This document shows, piece after piece, positions 47,717 to 62,600 of a stretch of 64,000 nt of DNA (the first letter of the stretch is position 1; each line of letters starts with the position of its first letter). The notes under the pieces were generated by a model. The model was not told the origin of the DNA and did no database searches. It was given only the letters and a program-made list of their open reading frames with translations. This stretch comes from Vitrella brassicaformis CCMP3155 (Eukaryota > Protista > Chromerida), in the NCBI GenBank assembly GCA_001179505.1, contig CDMY01000698.1, forward strand, positions 124,001-188,000, written 5' to 3'. The position numbers were made by a program, and so were the translations under genes.

Positions 47717-50700
47717 TTAGTCCTCATGTATTTCTTGTACTCGTCGAGGGCGTCAGGGTTTGCCAGTGCACTCCTGTTGGGTACCGGCCTGCCGTGGATG
47801 ACCTCGCGCACGGCAAGCTCCACGACTTTGCCGGTCTTGGTGCGGGGGATGTCGCGCACCGGGTAGATGTACGCTGGCACGTGCCTGACAAACGGGAAAG
47901 GAATGACAGGAAAGGACCGTTGCTATTTCGGGGTGACTGTCTTTCTGTCTGTGGTTGTGTTTGTTGTTACCTTGGTGTGGTGTTGGATCTGATTTGGTGT
48001 TTGATCTTCTTGATGAGGGCCTCATCCAACTCGCAGTCCTTCCTGCGCACCATGCGAGAGAGAATACGTTCTCTCAGAAACGGTCAGTGTCTTGTGTCTC
48101 CCTCCCTCCCTTCCTCCCTCTCTCTCTATGTGTGTGCTGTGTGGTGGGGGGCGGTTACGTACCTGAGTTTGACGAACAGAACGATCTCCACGTCCCGCTG
48201 CACGCCCTCCTCGTCGAGTATCTCGCCAGCCACAGCAATCGACTCCTCCACCTCATCCAACTTGTCCACCTGACACATGCAACACACACACTGTCATCTC
48301 TGTTGTCACATGATGGATGCCCTGGATGCGCACCTCTCTGTATATCTCAGCGGTGCCGACCCTGATGCCCCCCGGGTTGAGCACGGCGTCCGACCGGCCG
48401 TACACCACCACTCCGCCCCTGTCAGTGATCTCGGCAAAGTCACCATGCGCCCACACGTTGTCATACTTGGCGAAATACGCCTTCCTGAAGGAATGAATCG
48501 GTCGTACGTGTCTTGGTCATGAGTGCAATGCACTCATCAGCGAGCGGCACTGCCCTAGTTACTTGTATTTTTGGTTGTGTGGGTCGTGCCAGAAGCCCCA
48601 TGGCTGGCTGGGGAAGGGTTTGGTGCAGACGAGCTCGCCCTTCTCGCACTTGACGGACTGGCCGTGCTCATTGTACACCTCAACTGCCATACCTGCACAA
48701 AAAGGAGGAAGGAACGAAGGCATAGCCAAGTGCCCCTCCCTGTGTGTGGGTGTGGCCTACCGAGCCCCAGCGCTTGGATCTCGCCTCGGTAGACAGGCCC
48801 AATGGGGTTGCCTGCAGCGGCCACAAACACATCAGCGAAAGGATATGTCGGGTGTGCATTTGTCATGCAGACACTCTCGCCCTGACCAAGTATGAAGCAC
48901 GATATGATGTCCGTGCCCCCAGATATGGACGACAGACACACGTCATCCTTGATCTCACGATACACATAGTCGAAGCTGACACACACACACAGACACACAC
49001 ATCAGTCAGTGCATCTGTCTGTCAATGTCTTTATTTAGCGCTGGCTGATGGTGACCTTACGCCTCGGCAGTGAGCGGCGAGCCTGTTGATGTGATGGTAC
49101 GAAGAGCGCTGAGGTCGTGGGTCCTGAGTGACACAGAAAGCACGGCAACACGCATGGAGACAACAAGTATGTGGTGACGGTACTGATTTCTTCTCGCTCA
49201 CTTCCGGGGCGACACCCCCGCTTTGTTGAGGTAGTCTATGTACTTGGCTGACGTGCCAAACAGCGACCCGCCTAACACACACACACACAGACGGATATCA
49301 CACACACAGACGGATATCACACACTGGCAGGTATCCACACGAAACTAATCGCATGGGAGAGGTGTGCCATCTGTCGGCCCAGACCCACCGACCATAGGTA
49401 TCGACAAAGTCCCACAGAATGGATGTGTGTGGGTGGAATGGGTTGCCGTCGTACAGCAGCAGTGTGGCCTCCGAGGCCAGCCCGGCCGTCAGCCAGTTCC
49501 ACATCATCCAACCACACGTCGTGAAGTAAAATATCCTATCGCCGGAATGGACGTCCGTATCTGACAACCACCACACAGACACAATCGCACAGGTCAACAC
49601 CTCTCTCTGAGTGAGTGTGTCTTTGTGTCTTACGCAGTTGGTGTTCCTTGATGAGCTGCAGGAGGCAGCCCACCCGGTGCACTATGCATTTGGGCAGGCC
49701 AGTGGTGCCGCTGCTGAACAGAATGAAGGCGGGGTCGTTGAAGGACCGGTCGGCGTACTCGATCTCCGCCACGGGCTGCCCCTCACTGCAGAGGTCTTCC
49801 AAGGTCGTCATGCCGGGCTGTGATGGCAGAGGGGCGGGTGAGTCGTGTCTGTATGGGAGCACCACTGTCTGCAGCAGGGTGGGCAGCTGACGGGACACCT
49901 CCAGAACCTGCAGCGAGAGAGAGAGAGAGAGAGCAGCACCAAAGAAACAGTACTGGATGCATGTCGTCGCAGCGCATACCAACCCACCCACCTTTGGCAT
50001 TGTGTCGATCCACTTGCCCTTGTAGAGGTATCCGTCCGTGGCGAACAGCAGCCTGGGCTCGATCTGCCCCAGCCGGTCCATCACGCCCTCGACACCAAAG
50101 TCAGGCGAACACGATGACCACACACCTTCACAGACCAGCACATGGCATACACGAATCTGCAACTCGCGTCATTCATCGCCTTGTTGTGTGTGCGCACCTC
50201 CGACGGCTTGTGTGGCGATCATGGCGACGGTCGCTTCAGGCGTGTTGGCCACCACAGCACCAACACGGTCACCAGCTGCAGAAGAAAGAACAAAAGACAC
50301 ACACACGCAGGCAGGCAGGCAGGCACGATTCAATCACTGCTGCCATTGACTCGTGCGTGTGTGTGTGTTGTCTTACGGTTGACGCCGAGCCTCCTCATCT
50401 CCGCTGTCAGCCTGGCCACTTGGTCATGAAGCTGTGCGAATGAAAGCTCTCGCCGCACCTGATCCTCGCCCCAGAAGATCAGTGCTGGCGCGTCATCACG
50501 ACGCCTGCACAACACGCCACACGGCACAGCACAGACACACCATCAACAAAGCTATGTACATTGATTGCCCGCCTGTGTGCTCCCATCTCACCTGAGCATG
50601 TTCTCGGCGAAGTTGAGCCTGCCGTCAGGGAAGAACCTGCAGGCCATCATGTCGTGCTGGTTGTCCACCAGCCGGCCGCCCTTGACGCCTCTCACGCCGC

Positions 50701-51004
50701 AGAAGTCCCACACGTGGCTCCAGAAGGCAGGCGCCTCGTCCACAGACCACCGGTGCAGCCGCGCAAACTCATCGTGTCTGCCCCCGTGCCGCACAGAGAG
50801 GGGCGCCTTCTCGTTGATGAATCGGGTGAGGAGCGCCCGCTGCCGCCTCTCTTCTGATGGCGCCCAGAGAAGGGCGTGGTGATGAGTCGACAGAGTGCGG
50901 AACGAGGTGGCGTTGCATCTGGTGGTGAGGCGATGGAGAGATGGCCATGACGGCAGAGAGAGGGGGAGGGGGAGGGGGAAGGCATGCTTCGATAACGAGG
51001 GCAT
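47717..51004 (-). CDS. AACS: Acetoacetyl-CoA synthetase (acetoacetate-CoA ligase)
   Basis: [79 protein letters not shown]. Confidence 0.95.
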
Positions 51005-51820
51005 GACGGCTCTCACGAAGAGAGATCTGCTTGCGCGCTGAGCTCGCAGGGAGAGAAAGGGAAAATCGGATCTATGATTGCAATCGAACTGATTGCATTC
51101 GCCGTCCATCCACCCATCCTTCGTGCGTACACGTCATGAATTCACACCACACCTATGCACACATCCCACCCATCCCTCCAGCAGACGCACGCAGAGAAAG
51201 CAACACGCCCCGCCAATACACACACCGTCTCTCTCACTCACTGCAAGCAAACGCACTCAGACGTCTGTCTGTCTGTCTGTCTGTCTTGTGTTTGGGCTCG
51301 CCGAGCGGGTCGGCAGCTACCGCCCTCACACCAATTCGCCCATCCCTGCTGCTGTCTATGCTCTCTCTGCGACCCACACACTGCCGGTCTGGTCGACCCT
51401 GCAATGAATGCACTGCACACGAGTGAGGGTAATGAATGAGAGAGAGGGGAGGGGAGGAGGGAGGGGACAGCAGACAGGCAGGAAGAGACGAGCCAGTCAG
51501 ACCGACAGACAGACTGGTGTGAGCAAAACGCGGTCATTAGGAAGGAAGAGGCATCCATCTATCATGCAGCACCACAGCAGAAATGTATAACCCCGTCCGC
51601 CTCGGCCCCTCTATCTATCTGCCACCCACACATCCATGCAGCCAGCGACTGGACACGAGTGAGTGAATGTTTCGGGCGGATCGCTCTAATGTGAGCACCA
51701 CCGTCCAGCCAGCCTGGCACACATAGTTTGTTATGTACAGACACCATAGTTTGTTATGTCAGGCGTGTGGGCATTTTCTGCTCGTGTCAGTCGTGTTTGA
51801 TGCAAACATACCTCAGCTGT

Positions 51821-53560
51821 CTATTGGCCGAAGATCATGGCTGCGATGACCTCCCACAGCACCGCACGCGCCAGCCGAGTGGTCGCTGGGAAGCGGTCCT
51901 TGAAGGCATCACCCACACAGACAGGAGCCTCGGTCGTGAAGATGGAGACGCCCACTGCAAACGAAAGACAGAAGGGCACAGTGAGTGCTGCGTGTATCTA
52001 TATGTTCACGGGATGGGCTGGGCTGACCGGTGTTGCGGTCGAGGCCCGTGATTTTGATGCATGCGACAAAAGAGTGGGTGGCGTCGGTCAGGACGAGGTG
52101 ACGTTGCCCAGGGGAGCGGTATGATGTTGTGGTGGTGCATCTCGCCACTGGTCTGTGGGAGGACTGTGTCAGCAGGATGCCCAGCCGGTTGTTGTCAGCA
52201 TGCCTGACCAGTAAAGGACACGCACACACACATCCACTCCTTCGTATGTCGCGACAGTACCCTCACAAAGCAATGCCCCGCCTCACCTGGGGATGGGACG
52301 GCTCGTGTGGTTCCTCTGGCCAGTTGCCCTGACGTGGTTGATGATGATCACCTTGACGAATGACGACACGGACGAGTAGTGACGAGCATCAAACAGCCCC
52401 CAGCCATCATTGGGGCGACAGTCAATGCTGCTCTGGACGGGCGGGTCGTGCTGCTGTCGGTGCTGCTGGTAGAGATGGCCGGCAGGGAGGGGCGGGTCGA
52501 TGGTCAGCTCGAAGCCGTCCTCGTCCTTGACGGCCCGCAGTGTGTTGCCCTGATGCCGGAACAGCTGGAATCTCACGCCGTTACCGAAGTCGATGTGGCG
52601 GCCGACCATCTTGAGCTGCGCCAACACACGCGGAGAGGCCAAATACGCCTAAACACACACAGCACATCAACACATGCACCAAACATACACTCATTGCTTG
52701 ACATCCTTTCTCCTTCCCTCCCACCCTCCCTCTTTGTTGGCTTACCGTTTTGTTTGGGAATTGGTGCAGATCGTCAGCGGTGAGCCTCACAGGCAGCAAG
52801 CAGTAGCGACACTGCCCCGCCAGCTCAATCACCTCCCCAATCTCGTCCCAGCCGCCCTCCTCCGTCACACACAGCGCCGCCAGCAGGTCAGCAACGCCTA
52901 TGTGCCGCTGATAGAAGGTCAGCAGCTGCTGTCCGTTGGCCGCCCATCGCAGCCCCGCCTGTGTCCTGAGCGAGTGATCTGTTGTCCATTGGCTGAGCAG
53001 CTGCCGCAACTGAGCCGCTCCGAAGAGGTCCCTGGCCTATTTGCATGTCTTCCTCAGACACAGCACATCCCGCAGCAGAAAATCACTGCCGCGGCGGGCA
53101 CAGACGTACCACACGGGGTGCTGCTGCTGCTGCTGCTGGTTGGGCTGCTGCTTGGGCTGCTGGTTGGGCTGCTGCATGGGGGCCGTGAGGCTCGCCGACA
53201 GTGAGTTGCCGCCTCCCTGATGCTGCTGCTGTGACGATCCCGCACCAACCGAACCACCTGTAGGCACCACCCAACACAACACAGCAAAGGACGGTCATTA
53301 CGCTATGCCGTCCACCGATATCTGATGCTTTGCGTACCTCCACTATGTCCATCATCATCACCAGCAGCAGCAGCAGCAGCAGCGCTGATGTCTACGCGTC
53401 TACGCTTGGCGCCGTCATCAGCAGGCACCTGACCAGCGATCGACAACAATGAGTCGCTGTGTGTGTGGGAGGGTCGGTTTGGACTTGTGCGTACCGGTTC
53501 GCTATGATCTTTGTTGTTGTCGGTCTCATTCTGTCCCACCGCACTGCCCGCCTCGACCTC
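51821..53560 (-). CDS. Lineage-specific multi-exon protein of unknown function; 5' end uncertain, degraded exon-like pieces up to ~54330
   Basis: Exons HIDFGNGVRFQLFRH..DPPLPAGHLYQQH..DPPV, EEGGWDEIGEVIELAGQC and FTTEAPV..DRFPATTRLAR..IFGQ*. Confidence 0.55.
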
Positions 53561-55080
53561 GACGCCCATCCGCTGACGTCGACACACACCGACAGAGACA
53601 CACACACGGGAGTGATTGTCTGTGCCACTCATTGGTCAGTGGAAGCTTACGCGTTTGTTGTTATTAGTGGACGACTGCACCAGCTCATCGCCGTGGGCCA
53701 AGTTGTGCTGAAGACCAAACAGACGACCAACCAGGCAGGTAGCACAATGAGTAGTGTGGCGACTCGACCTCCCTCCGTCTCCCTCACTCTCTCACCGATT
53801 GGATCCCTCCTATGACATCTCGCAAGCTACCATCCAACAAGTCGCCCCGCCCACCTGCACCACACTCACCATCACCCCACACAGACACTCACATGACAGC
53901 CGGCCGTGTGTTCGAGTTGTGTGCGTCATGGCCCACCTCTGGAGGGAGCCGGGGCGTCGTGGCTACTGTCCATCTGACCAACACGATCAACCGTCTGCAC
54001 ACAAAGGAACCAACCACACAGCGAGATGGGATCCATTCAGATGTCAGAGTGCCTGTGCTCTCAGTTTGCAAACTCACTGCTTAGTGTGTGTGTTTCTGCG
54101 GCAGCATTCGAGCTGAAACGGACGTCAGCCATCACGAAGCAGACCGATTGATGCCGTCAATGGTGCTCCCGCACACCTGCGAAATCTCTCACTGAGACCA
54201 CCACTGTCACACCTGACAGCACACACCACACACAGCCTGTCGTTTGTGTGTGTCATGCATGACGTCATCTGCCTGAACAACTGCTTCCCTCAATTGGCCT
54301 CGCTGATGCATGGGAAGCGCATGAGCTCAGTGAGTAGCCAGTGAATGGGTGCATGGAGAGGTCTCATGGCCTTACCGATGATGACAAGACGAGCAAGTGT
54401 GGAGGTGTCAACACGCCTCTGTCGCCTCTTCGCGAAGAAGAATCACGACCTGCGAGCTTGGACGATGCTGGCCAGCGGCCCAGGTGCGCTGGCCAGCATT
54501 CTTCAAACAACAGATCTCCGTTGCCAGCGCTCCCAGGCCGCTGAGCGTGAGGATGTGTGTGTGGTGCCTTCTCGCCTGTACAGGGAGATGACTCGTGTGT
54601 ACAGACTTGCTCACGTGCACTCAGAGCTATGGTATCCACCAACACGTACATACCGGCAATATGCCATCCGCACATCGAAGCTTGAGGGAAAAATAGCCTA
54701 CATGCATCTCACACTCACACCCAAGTAGCCTCACACACACGCTGGGCATGATACATCTGGCTTTGTGTCTCGCGAGCAAAGTGAGGCCACTGGCGAATGT
54801 AGAAAAGAGACAAGGCAAGCCCCATCGGCCCTTCTGCGCACACAAAAATACCAATCGACGCAGAAATACGACTGCACCGACCACTGAATCCTGTCAAGAA
54901 AGTCCTAATCCGCCAGAGAAGCGACCTAAAGCAGGACTGTCCTACACGGTTCAAATCCGTGCTGCACAGACTCATGCACTCATGGCCATGGCTCCATGCA
55001 CAGCCGACTGACCGGCCGAAGTGGCTGAAGGGAAGAATGGCCAAAACGTCCACAAAAAGAGGCTGGGTGCCGTCCAGCCG

Positions 55081-56324
55081 CTAGCGGCCACGGCGCAGAG
55101 AGACGCGAATGCGCCTCTCAGCAAAGAGGATTAAGCAGAAGAGACATAGCACCCCCGCCACCAGGACACCCCCCCGCACCGGCCCCACGCACCCAAAGCA
55201 GAAGGCTGCTCTCGTACCAGCACAAACCGGGAAGCAAAGTAAGACGAAGGCGAAGAGAGACCGTGCAAGTAAATTCACCAGCAACCAAGCCCAAACCACC
55301 GCCCCCAGGAGTATGTCCAGCAGATTTCCGAAGAGCGCGGCCCAGAGAGACACGGTCCTTGTGATGTTCCTTCTCCATACGCGCCGCAGTGCCCTTTGCA
55401 GCTGATTCCATGTGAGGCGGAGAGCAGTGCTGTCCATTGCGAGTCTCAAGAGCCACGCGAAAGAAATGGGTACGATCATCACAGCGATGTCGCAAGGACC
55501 ACATTTCCCTTCGCACGAGCTGGTCTGAAGCCATCGTCGGCTCAGTGCATCGGTCACTACCGCCGCGGCGAAGCGGGGGGCCATCGACACAAGCCCAGGC
55601 AGCAGCATGTATGCCGCCGTCACACATGCGGTCGGATGCGGCGAGCGGCCACTTGAGTGATAGAGGGGATGGAAGAGGCTCAGCAGCATGTGGATGACGA
55701 AGCGCAAGGCCATCATGCCAAGGGTCCCCGCAGCAAGAGAGAAGAGGATCCCGGCGAATTCCTCTCTCTCTTCTTCTGGCAAGGCTGCGAGGCCATGGCG
55801 GAATGCAGAGAGGTCCTGTCTCATGCTCACAGAGAAAGAAGGTTGCTCCGGTCGCCGGCATAAGCCATCCAGGACGCCAAATGCGACGATGAGGACGCAT
55901 GCTGCCGGCAGACACCCAAGTAGTTGGGCGTTGCTTGTGCCGTCGAACCGGTATGGGGCCTTACAAATGTAGCAGTTGACCATCCGCCATCCTAAACACA
56001 GACACACGCGGCAGCCAGCAACACGAGTGCATACTGCCGCCCTCTCCTTCATCGAATGCTCACCACTCCTCCTCATCGCTTCCCACAGACAACTGGCGTG
56101 GACCCACTTGCCTGAGAGACACAAGGGGCGTTCAGTGCATGCAGTTCCCTCTGTGAGTCTCCCTCCCTCCCCCCATCTCTGTTACCCGTCCCTCGGCAGT
56201 CACATGGCGATATGAGCGGCCCTGTGTCGACGTCCTCGTTGCTGTCCAGGCAGATGCGGCAGCTGGCATCGGGCTCCGGCGGCCACACGAGCCACGGCGA
56301 GAGGCACTCCGCGAGCAGGCCCAT
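55081..56324 (-). CDS. RING-CH (MARCH-like) multi-TM E3 ligase, apparently intact paralog
   Basis: CRICLD..PCDCRGT | GKWVHASCL..CYICK, then an open frame through the TM region to TAG at 55081. Confidence 0.78.
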
Positions 56325-56331
56325 TGATCGA

Positions 56332-56538
56332 TCAGGCTATGACGCCGCATGCCATGAGGACGAGGACCACTCCGCAGGCGAGGATGATTGCGAGTGAGAG
56401 GAGGCAGGCCTTGAGGATGCCTCGGTGCTTTGGTCTCAGAAAGGGGCACCACTTGTGGTAGGGACGGTTGCTTCTCGTCGTGCTGTCCACATACACATCG
56501 TCACGGGGAACAAGCCAGACGCAGCCGCAGCAGCTCAT
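56332..56538 (-). CDS. 68-aa Cys-rich single-TM small ORF, paralog of 10510-10716
   Basis: Same length and stop position, 4 aa substitutions. Confidence 0.45.
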   Translation of the reverse strand: MSCCGCVWLVPRDDVYVDSTTRSNRPYHKWCPFLRPKHRGILKACLLSLAIILACGVVLVLMACGVIA

Positions 56539-57285
56539 TGTTAGTACTCTTTTTCTGGGGGGGAGAAGGGAGAATACCGCGAGCTTCGATTCCGGGGGCG
56601 TTCCGGGAGCCGGACTGCGCCTCCAAGACATTCGGGCTCTCTGAGGAGCAGCTAACCAACATCGCATCTGACTTGCAGTTCTAACTGTGGATGAGCGGGC
56701 CGACTGGCTGGCTGGCTGGTCACAGACGTAAGATGGACGCTATCGCTCAACCGGTCAAGCTCACTCGAAGATTCACACACGTGCAAGTGTACACGCAAAA
56801 GAGTCTGTAAGTAAGTCTGTATGGACACGGACATGCACAGGGATGCATTCACTGAATGTAGTGAGTGGCCCTCCCCCCTGCAGCCAGTCAGCAAAGCAAG
56901 CGACCAAGAGAGGGGCACAGGGACGCGGTTGAATGATACGGTCCTCACGAATGATAGCATTCCTCTGTACAAACATGCATGCACAGCACACGGACATGCA
57001 GCGAGCAGTGTGTGGATACACATACAGATAACGTACAACACAGCTACATAGAGAGGAATGTCTAATACAAATGTATGCAGCACTGACTGACGCACGCAAT
57101 GGCTATGCAGTGGATGGATGGATGAATCAAGGGCCAACAGAAATGGACACGACGAGACAGACTTGACAATAAAGAGCACTGACCCCCATGTCTTGCTTAA
57201 ATCAGTCGCCACACAGACATACCTTCTCTTGCTCTCCACTGACGCACACCATTCCCTCCTCCCTCCTGGCTCACTCAGATGTCAG

Positions 57286-59641
57286 TCATGATGCGCCGGT
57301 CACGAAGGGTTTGGTGGACCATTGGGCGACCTCGCTCACCGACCCCGCGAAGGCGACCTCTGTCTGGCACTGCTCGCACAGGTAGCCCTCTGGCAGCATG
57401 GCCATGGGCTCCTTGTCCTCCTTGATGATCTCCTTGTTGACCTCGACACGCCGCGCATTCGCGGCCCTCACCCGGGGGAGGTTCTGCCGCCAGGCCCTTC
57501 GGCGGTCGGCATAGCACTTGGTGCAGATGTGCATGTGGCGGCAGGGGATGTACATGACGGACGCCGGGCCGTGCTCGCCGAAACAGATGACACAGGCCGG
57601 ACCGTCATCGCCATCACCATGCTGCTGATGCTGCATTGTTGTGTTGGCGTGTGTGGCTGATGACGAGGGGCGCTGGGGGGCCGACGAACTGCTGCTGCTG
57701 CTGCTGCTGCAAGAGGGGGGCTGATACTGGCGTGACGATTGCTGTGCAGCAATCTTGGCGAGCCTGGTGAGGGAATGCCACAGGGAGACAAATGAGTGCG
57801 CTGATCTATATGGTAGCTTGGCTGATCCACTTACTGCCATTCAGCCTCTTGCAGCCGCCGTATCATCGCCTCCTCGCTCCGCCTGGCCTCTTGTGCCTTC
57901 TCCCGGGCCTCCTGCACCTCCCGAGCCCTTCGCTTGGCCTCCTGGTCCTTCTGCTCGAGTTGGCGGCAGAGCTGATCGACGAGCTGCTCACTCCCAGACG
58001 CACCGCCACCCATCATCATCGCACCAAACCTTCACACAAAACACGCAGCATCAAGTTGGAACTATAGTCTCCTCTCTCCCTGCCTCTGTGTACCCTGTGG
58101 ATGGCCCGCCATTGCCGCCGTGCATGGCCCCGGCCGCAGCGAAGGGGTCGGGTGCATTGCTCGACGAGGGCGGCTGGTACCCCTCCTCCTCCTCATAGTC
58201 AAATATGGGCGGCGGGGGCGGCACATACATGTCATCAGCACCACTGTCGTCATAGAAGGGGTTAGCCGACAGCCCACCACCACCATTAGCAGCCGCAGCA
58301 GCTGGGGTTGGGCTAGACGGGAAGGGCTGATGGATACCGAGTGGGTGAGGCGGGAAGCCGGACGCTTGTGGGCCGCCATTGTAGCTGACAGGGAGAGGGG
58401 AACCGATCGGGTGGAAAGAGCTGCACAGCACAGCAGGAGAAGTTCATAGAAGCGTTGCTGACAGACAGACATCATGCCCGTGTTACCTTGGGTCGATCGG
58501 CGGGTGTGGTTGGGGTGGCGGTGGAAAGGCCGGCGGGGGCGGCACGCAGTACATGACGTCACCGCCACTGTCGTCGTAGAATGGATCAGCCGACAACCCA
58601 CCACCGCCACGACCGCCAGCACCACCACCAGCCGGTGGGGCGGGCCCGACAGGCGCATTGGCGAAGAAGCCACTCATCGAGGGACCAGCAGTAGACAGAC
58701 TGGGACACACAGCAGGAGAAAACGCACTCATTGCGGTCGGATCCCAGCGCTCACTGTCTGCGGCCATCTCACCTCGGCCACCCGTCACGTGTCGGCTGCT
58801 GTTGGTCGTCTTGTCCACTCTGCCGGTGCTGCTGCAGCGATGGCCCGGTGCGCAGCTCCTCGGCCGACGGGAGTCGGTAGGGGAGGGAGGGAGGAGGGGG
58901 CGTTTGGTGGGCAAATATGGTCATGAGGCCCCTCCCAGCCCCACGACCTCCCACCGGCCCACAGGGAGGCGACGCAGACCCAGACGGGCTGTCATCGTCA
59001 GACAGCAGCGGACGGGGCACTGACGGACGCTTCGGCAGAGGAGGGGCCATCCCCCCATTGCCAGGTGACATCTTGACGCGGCCCTTGGGGAACTGGGCGC
59101 TTGAGAGGGGAATGGCGGCGGGCATCCGAATTGGTCCTCTGCCGCCGCGATAACGATCCTCATTGGCGGCAGGTGCAAAGCGGCCCGTCTGCCCCGTCCG
59201 ATTGGCCCTGAGTGTGGGATTGAGTGAGGGGCGGGGCGGCTGGCTCGGCTGAGGTGTGGGCGTCGGAGTGGGCCTGGTGGCGTGTTTGCCTTTGGTCTTC
59301 TTCTTGTGGCCCTCGTTCCTCTGTTGCCGTGCATGTTGTCCGAATGCCGAGTTGAGCAGCATAGCGTCGCCGTCCTCATCATCGCTGCCGTCAGCGTCAC
59401 TTCCACCAGCCGCCGACTCCGCCGCACCACCACCATCACCAGGCCGATCGCTGCCCGCAGTGGCTGACACGGACGGCACACCAGGCGCACCAGACCTGCA
59501 AAGAAGGAGATCGATACGCTCACAGAGGAAGCGAATGTGTCAGGGCATCTCGTTAAGCGGGTGGATTGCTCACGTGTCGGCGATGGACGAAGAGGGCTCC
59601 GGCTGACTCGCCTCAACCTCATCCGCAGCAGAAGCCCGACT

Positions 59642-59674
<33 letters not shown>

Positions 59675-62600
59675 GTAAACAGTCCCGTCAGCCCCGCACT
59701 GTGGTGTGCATGGCTTGCTCACCTGGTGGATGCGGCAGTGGAGGGCACCGATGGCTCAATCACCACATCGGAGGGGCTCGCCGCATCCCCACCTGCAGCA
59801 TCCTGCTGGTGCTGCTGGTGGTGTCCCTTGCCGCCCTTGTTCCTTTTGCCCTTGGCCTTTTTGTCTTTGGCCTCATTCTCGCGTCGCTCCTGTGCGAGGA
59901 GGGCCTCCTGCATCCGCTTTGCTTTGGCATCCTGGGCCGCCAACTCGGCGGCTGAGATGGCTGTCTTGGGTTGGGCCTTTGTGTCCTTCTGGTGCTGTTA
60001 GGCGAGAGAATTGAAGAAATCCGACACCTGATGTGACAGAGAGAGGTGAAAAGGAGAGTCTCGTGCTGTGCAGGAGCGTTGCTCACTTGTCGTGAGACCT
60101 CGATGCCGCTCCTGGGGTTACGCATCGCCTTGACCGACTCGAACTGACATGGCGGCACACAAAACAGTCAGAAAGACACAACACACACGACCCTCGGCGT
60201 AGCTACCTGCAGTATCTGCCCGACGATGGGATTCGGTGCCCCTTTGGCGACCACCGACTTGCCATAGCTGACACATATGACACAGCCACAAACAGACACA
60301 CTCAATGATGCGTCGGACTTCCCTGTCTGCAGCTCATGGCACATGGCTGACCTGACGATGCTCTTGAGAATGTCGACAGCCGTCTTGCGTTCACTGTCAG
60401 GGACACCTGCCCTTTCGTTGAGACGTCCCCGTGCGTCCTTGAGCAGCATGTCACATATCGGCTTCGCCAGTCCGTCAGTCCCCAACACCTACACACACAC
60501 AAACGCACCACAGCACTCGTCCAAATGAGATGGGAGGTGCGTGAGGTTCCTTCGCTGACCTTCCTGTCTCTCTGACTGAGCTTCTTCAGACAGTCCATGG
60601 AGAGGGCCAACAGAGGCCTCCCGATCCTCTCGGCGCTGCCCAGGAGCGAGATGAGGGTGGACATGAACCCCGACTCGATTAGAAGGCCAGTCTCCCCACC
60701 ATCTGCACACACACAGCCCCACACCCCCACACACACATAGTTGAGGGACTTTAGGAGCTTCACGAGCTCACAGACGGACCTATCATGGCGATCGCCGGGA
60801 TCAGCAGAGCGGTCGCAGTGAACAGTCCGAAGGAGATCGTCATCTCGTCATCCACTATGTGGTCCATGCCCAATGCGCTCAGGACCTTGTCGCGCATTGC
60901 GGCATCCAGAAGGAGACGACGAAGGGACTGCATCGGCAGAGGGGCAGCAGCCGTGATCTTGCCCACACCGTTCTGTTCGATCGCATCGACGAGGACGAAT
61001 CGATGATGCGCAACAGGAACAGGACCGCCACCTGTGGACACACACACGCAATCCAGGTGCATGACGGGCGCTCCCGCGCCATCCCTTCCGTTGCCTACCT
61101 TTCCTCTTTCGCATGCAGAGGACGAGAGCGGTGTGGAGAAGGGCTCCAACTGTGGGGGTCGCCACGGAGCACAGGCGAGAGGAAGGACTGGATGCCGCGA
61201 TGAGGGTCAGCAGCGTGTCTATGTGAGCGTAGACGTGTGTGTCGAGAGCCGCCCTGATGGCCGGCCACTCCGTCACGATACCTGCCAAGACAAAGGACAG
61301 CAGCCTCGTCCAAAAAGACGCATCCACGTGCACTTTTCTGACCTTTGCGTGGCGAGTTCAATAGGTAGTATGCGGCAGAAACCAGCGCCGATATGAAGTG
61401 GCTCGTGCCCTCTGTCAATTTGCCCTCTGTCTCGTCATCGTCCAGCCGCTTCAGGCCCTCGACGAAAATGGAGACGAACTCGAGAACGAGTTGAAATGAC
61501 GGGCCGAAGGGGGTGGGCGCGAACAGCTCCTTCAGCATCGCGACGGCCTCGTTAGCCACTACTCGGTGTCTGAACTCGCGAATGACATCCATCACCTGCC
61601 GGAGGGTCGTTTGATGGGTCTGGAGGAAGCTCGCGCGAAGCTCGGGCCCTCCTGCCGCCTCGAGGGCGGTCGCCGCGTGAAGAGCGTATTCGATCAGTCG
61701 AAGTCTCGCATATGTCACGACGTCGATGGCACCGGGCAGCGGCTCGTCGCCTGACGATGCCTTGACGATAGCAGACGTGATGACGCTGTCGACCTCCCCG
61801 CCCAGGTCGGCCCCCACTCCTCCATCCGATGACAAATGTTCCCACGTCAGGATCTCGAAGATGTCCTGGATGGCCGACAGACGATCCGACGGGGTCATGC
61901 GCTCCAGGAAGCCACTGTGGACGAAGCAGAAGAGCACATCTGCGATTGCCACCTGGTACTCCACTCCGCTGCTATCCACCAGACGCATCAGGAAGCGGCG
62001 GAAAGCCGTCCTCTCCTTGGCGAACCTCATGACCAGCCGTTTGACGGATGATTTAGCAACTGAGGTCCGCAGGCAGCCGGCAACATCTTTGACTGCCGCA
62101 GTGAATGTGTCGATGTCGTCCGAGAAGAGGCCGTCCACCAGCCCATCGAGGCCGCCAGACGATGTCGATGGATGAGGCGGCGAGGGAGGACCTGACGCAT
62201 GATGAGTGTCAGTGGGTGTCTTGGCCTTGACTGGGCGGCGCAATCGGCCCGACGCGGCTGAGCTGCTGTCCGAGTTGGCCGTCTTGGGGAGCGAATCTAT
62301 TAAGGACAAGATCTATAGACGAGGCAGGAGGGAATCAGAGAGACATCTGTGCATCCATCGGCTCATGTGTGTGGTCGTGTGGTATCGTTGACTCCGGCCC
62401 TCACTTTTGCTGACGGGTCACGGCGGCCTCTCAGCTGCTGGACGGCCTCACACTGGCAATAAACCACACAATCAGACAGACACGGACACATTGCGATTGA
62501 CTTATGGCCGCAAGGCTGAACACTCCTTTGTTCGGTCCTCACCTGCACGATTTGGTCGACGAAGGGATTGCTGGTCGCCTTGCCCTTAGTGACCAACTCA

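Noticed and set aside
53640-54600. Upstream exon-like fragments of the 51.8-53.6 kb gene
   Set aside because: I could not join them in frame (stop near 54128), so they are left out of the CDS as possibly degraded.
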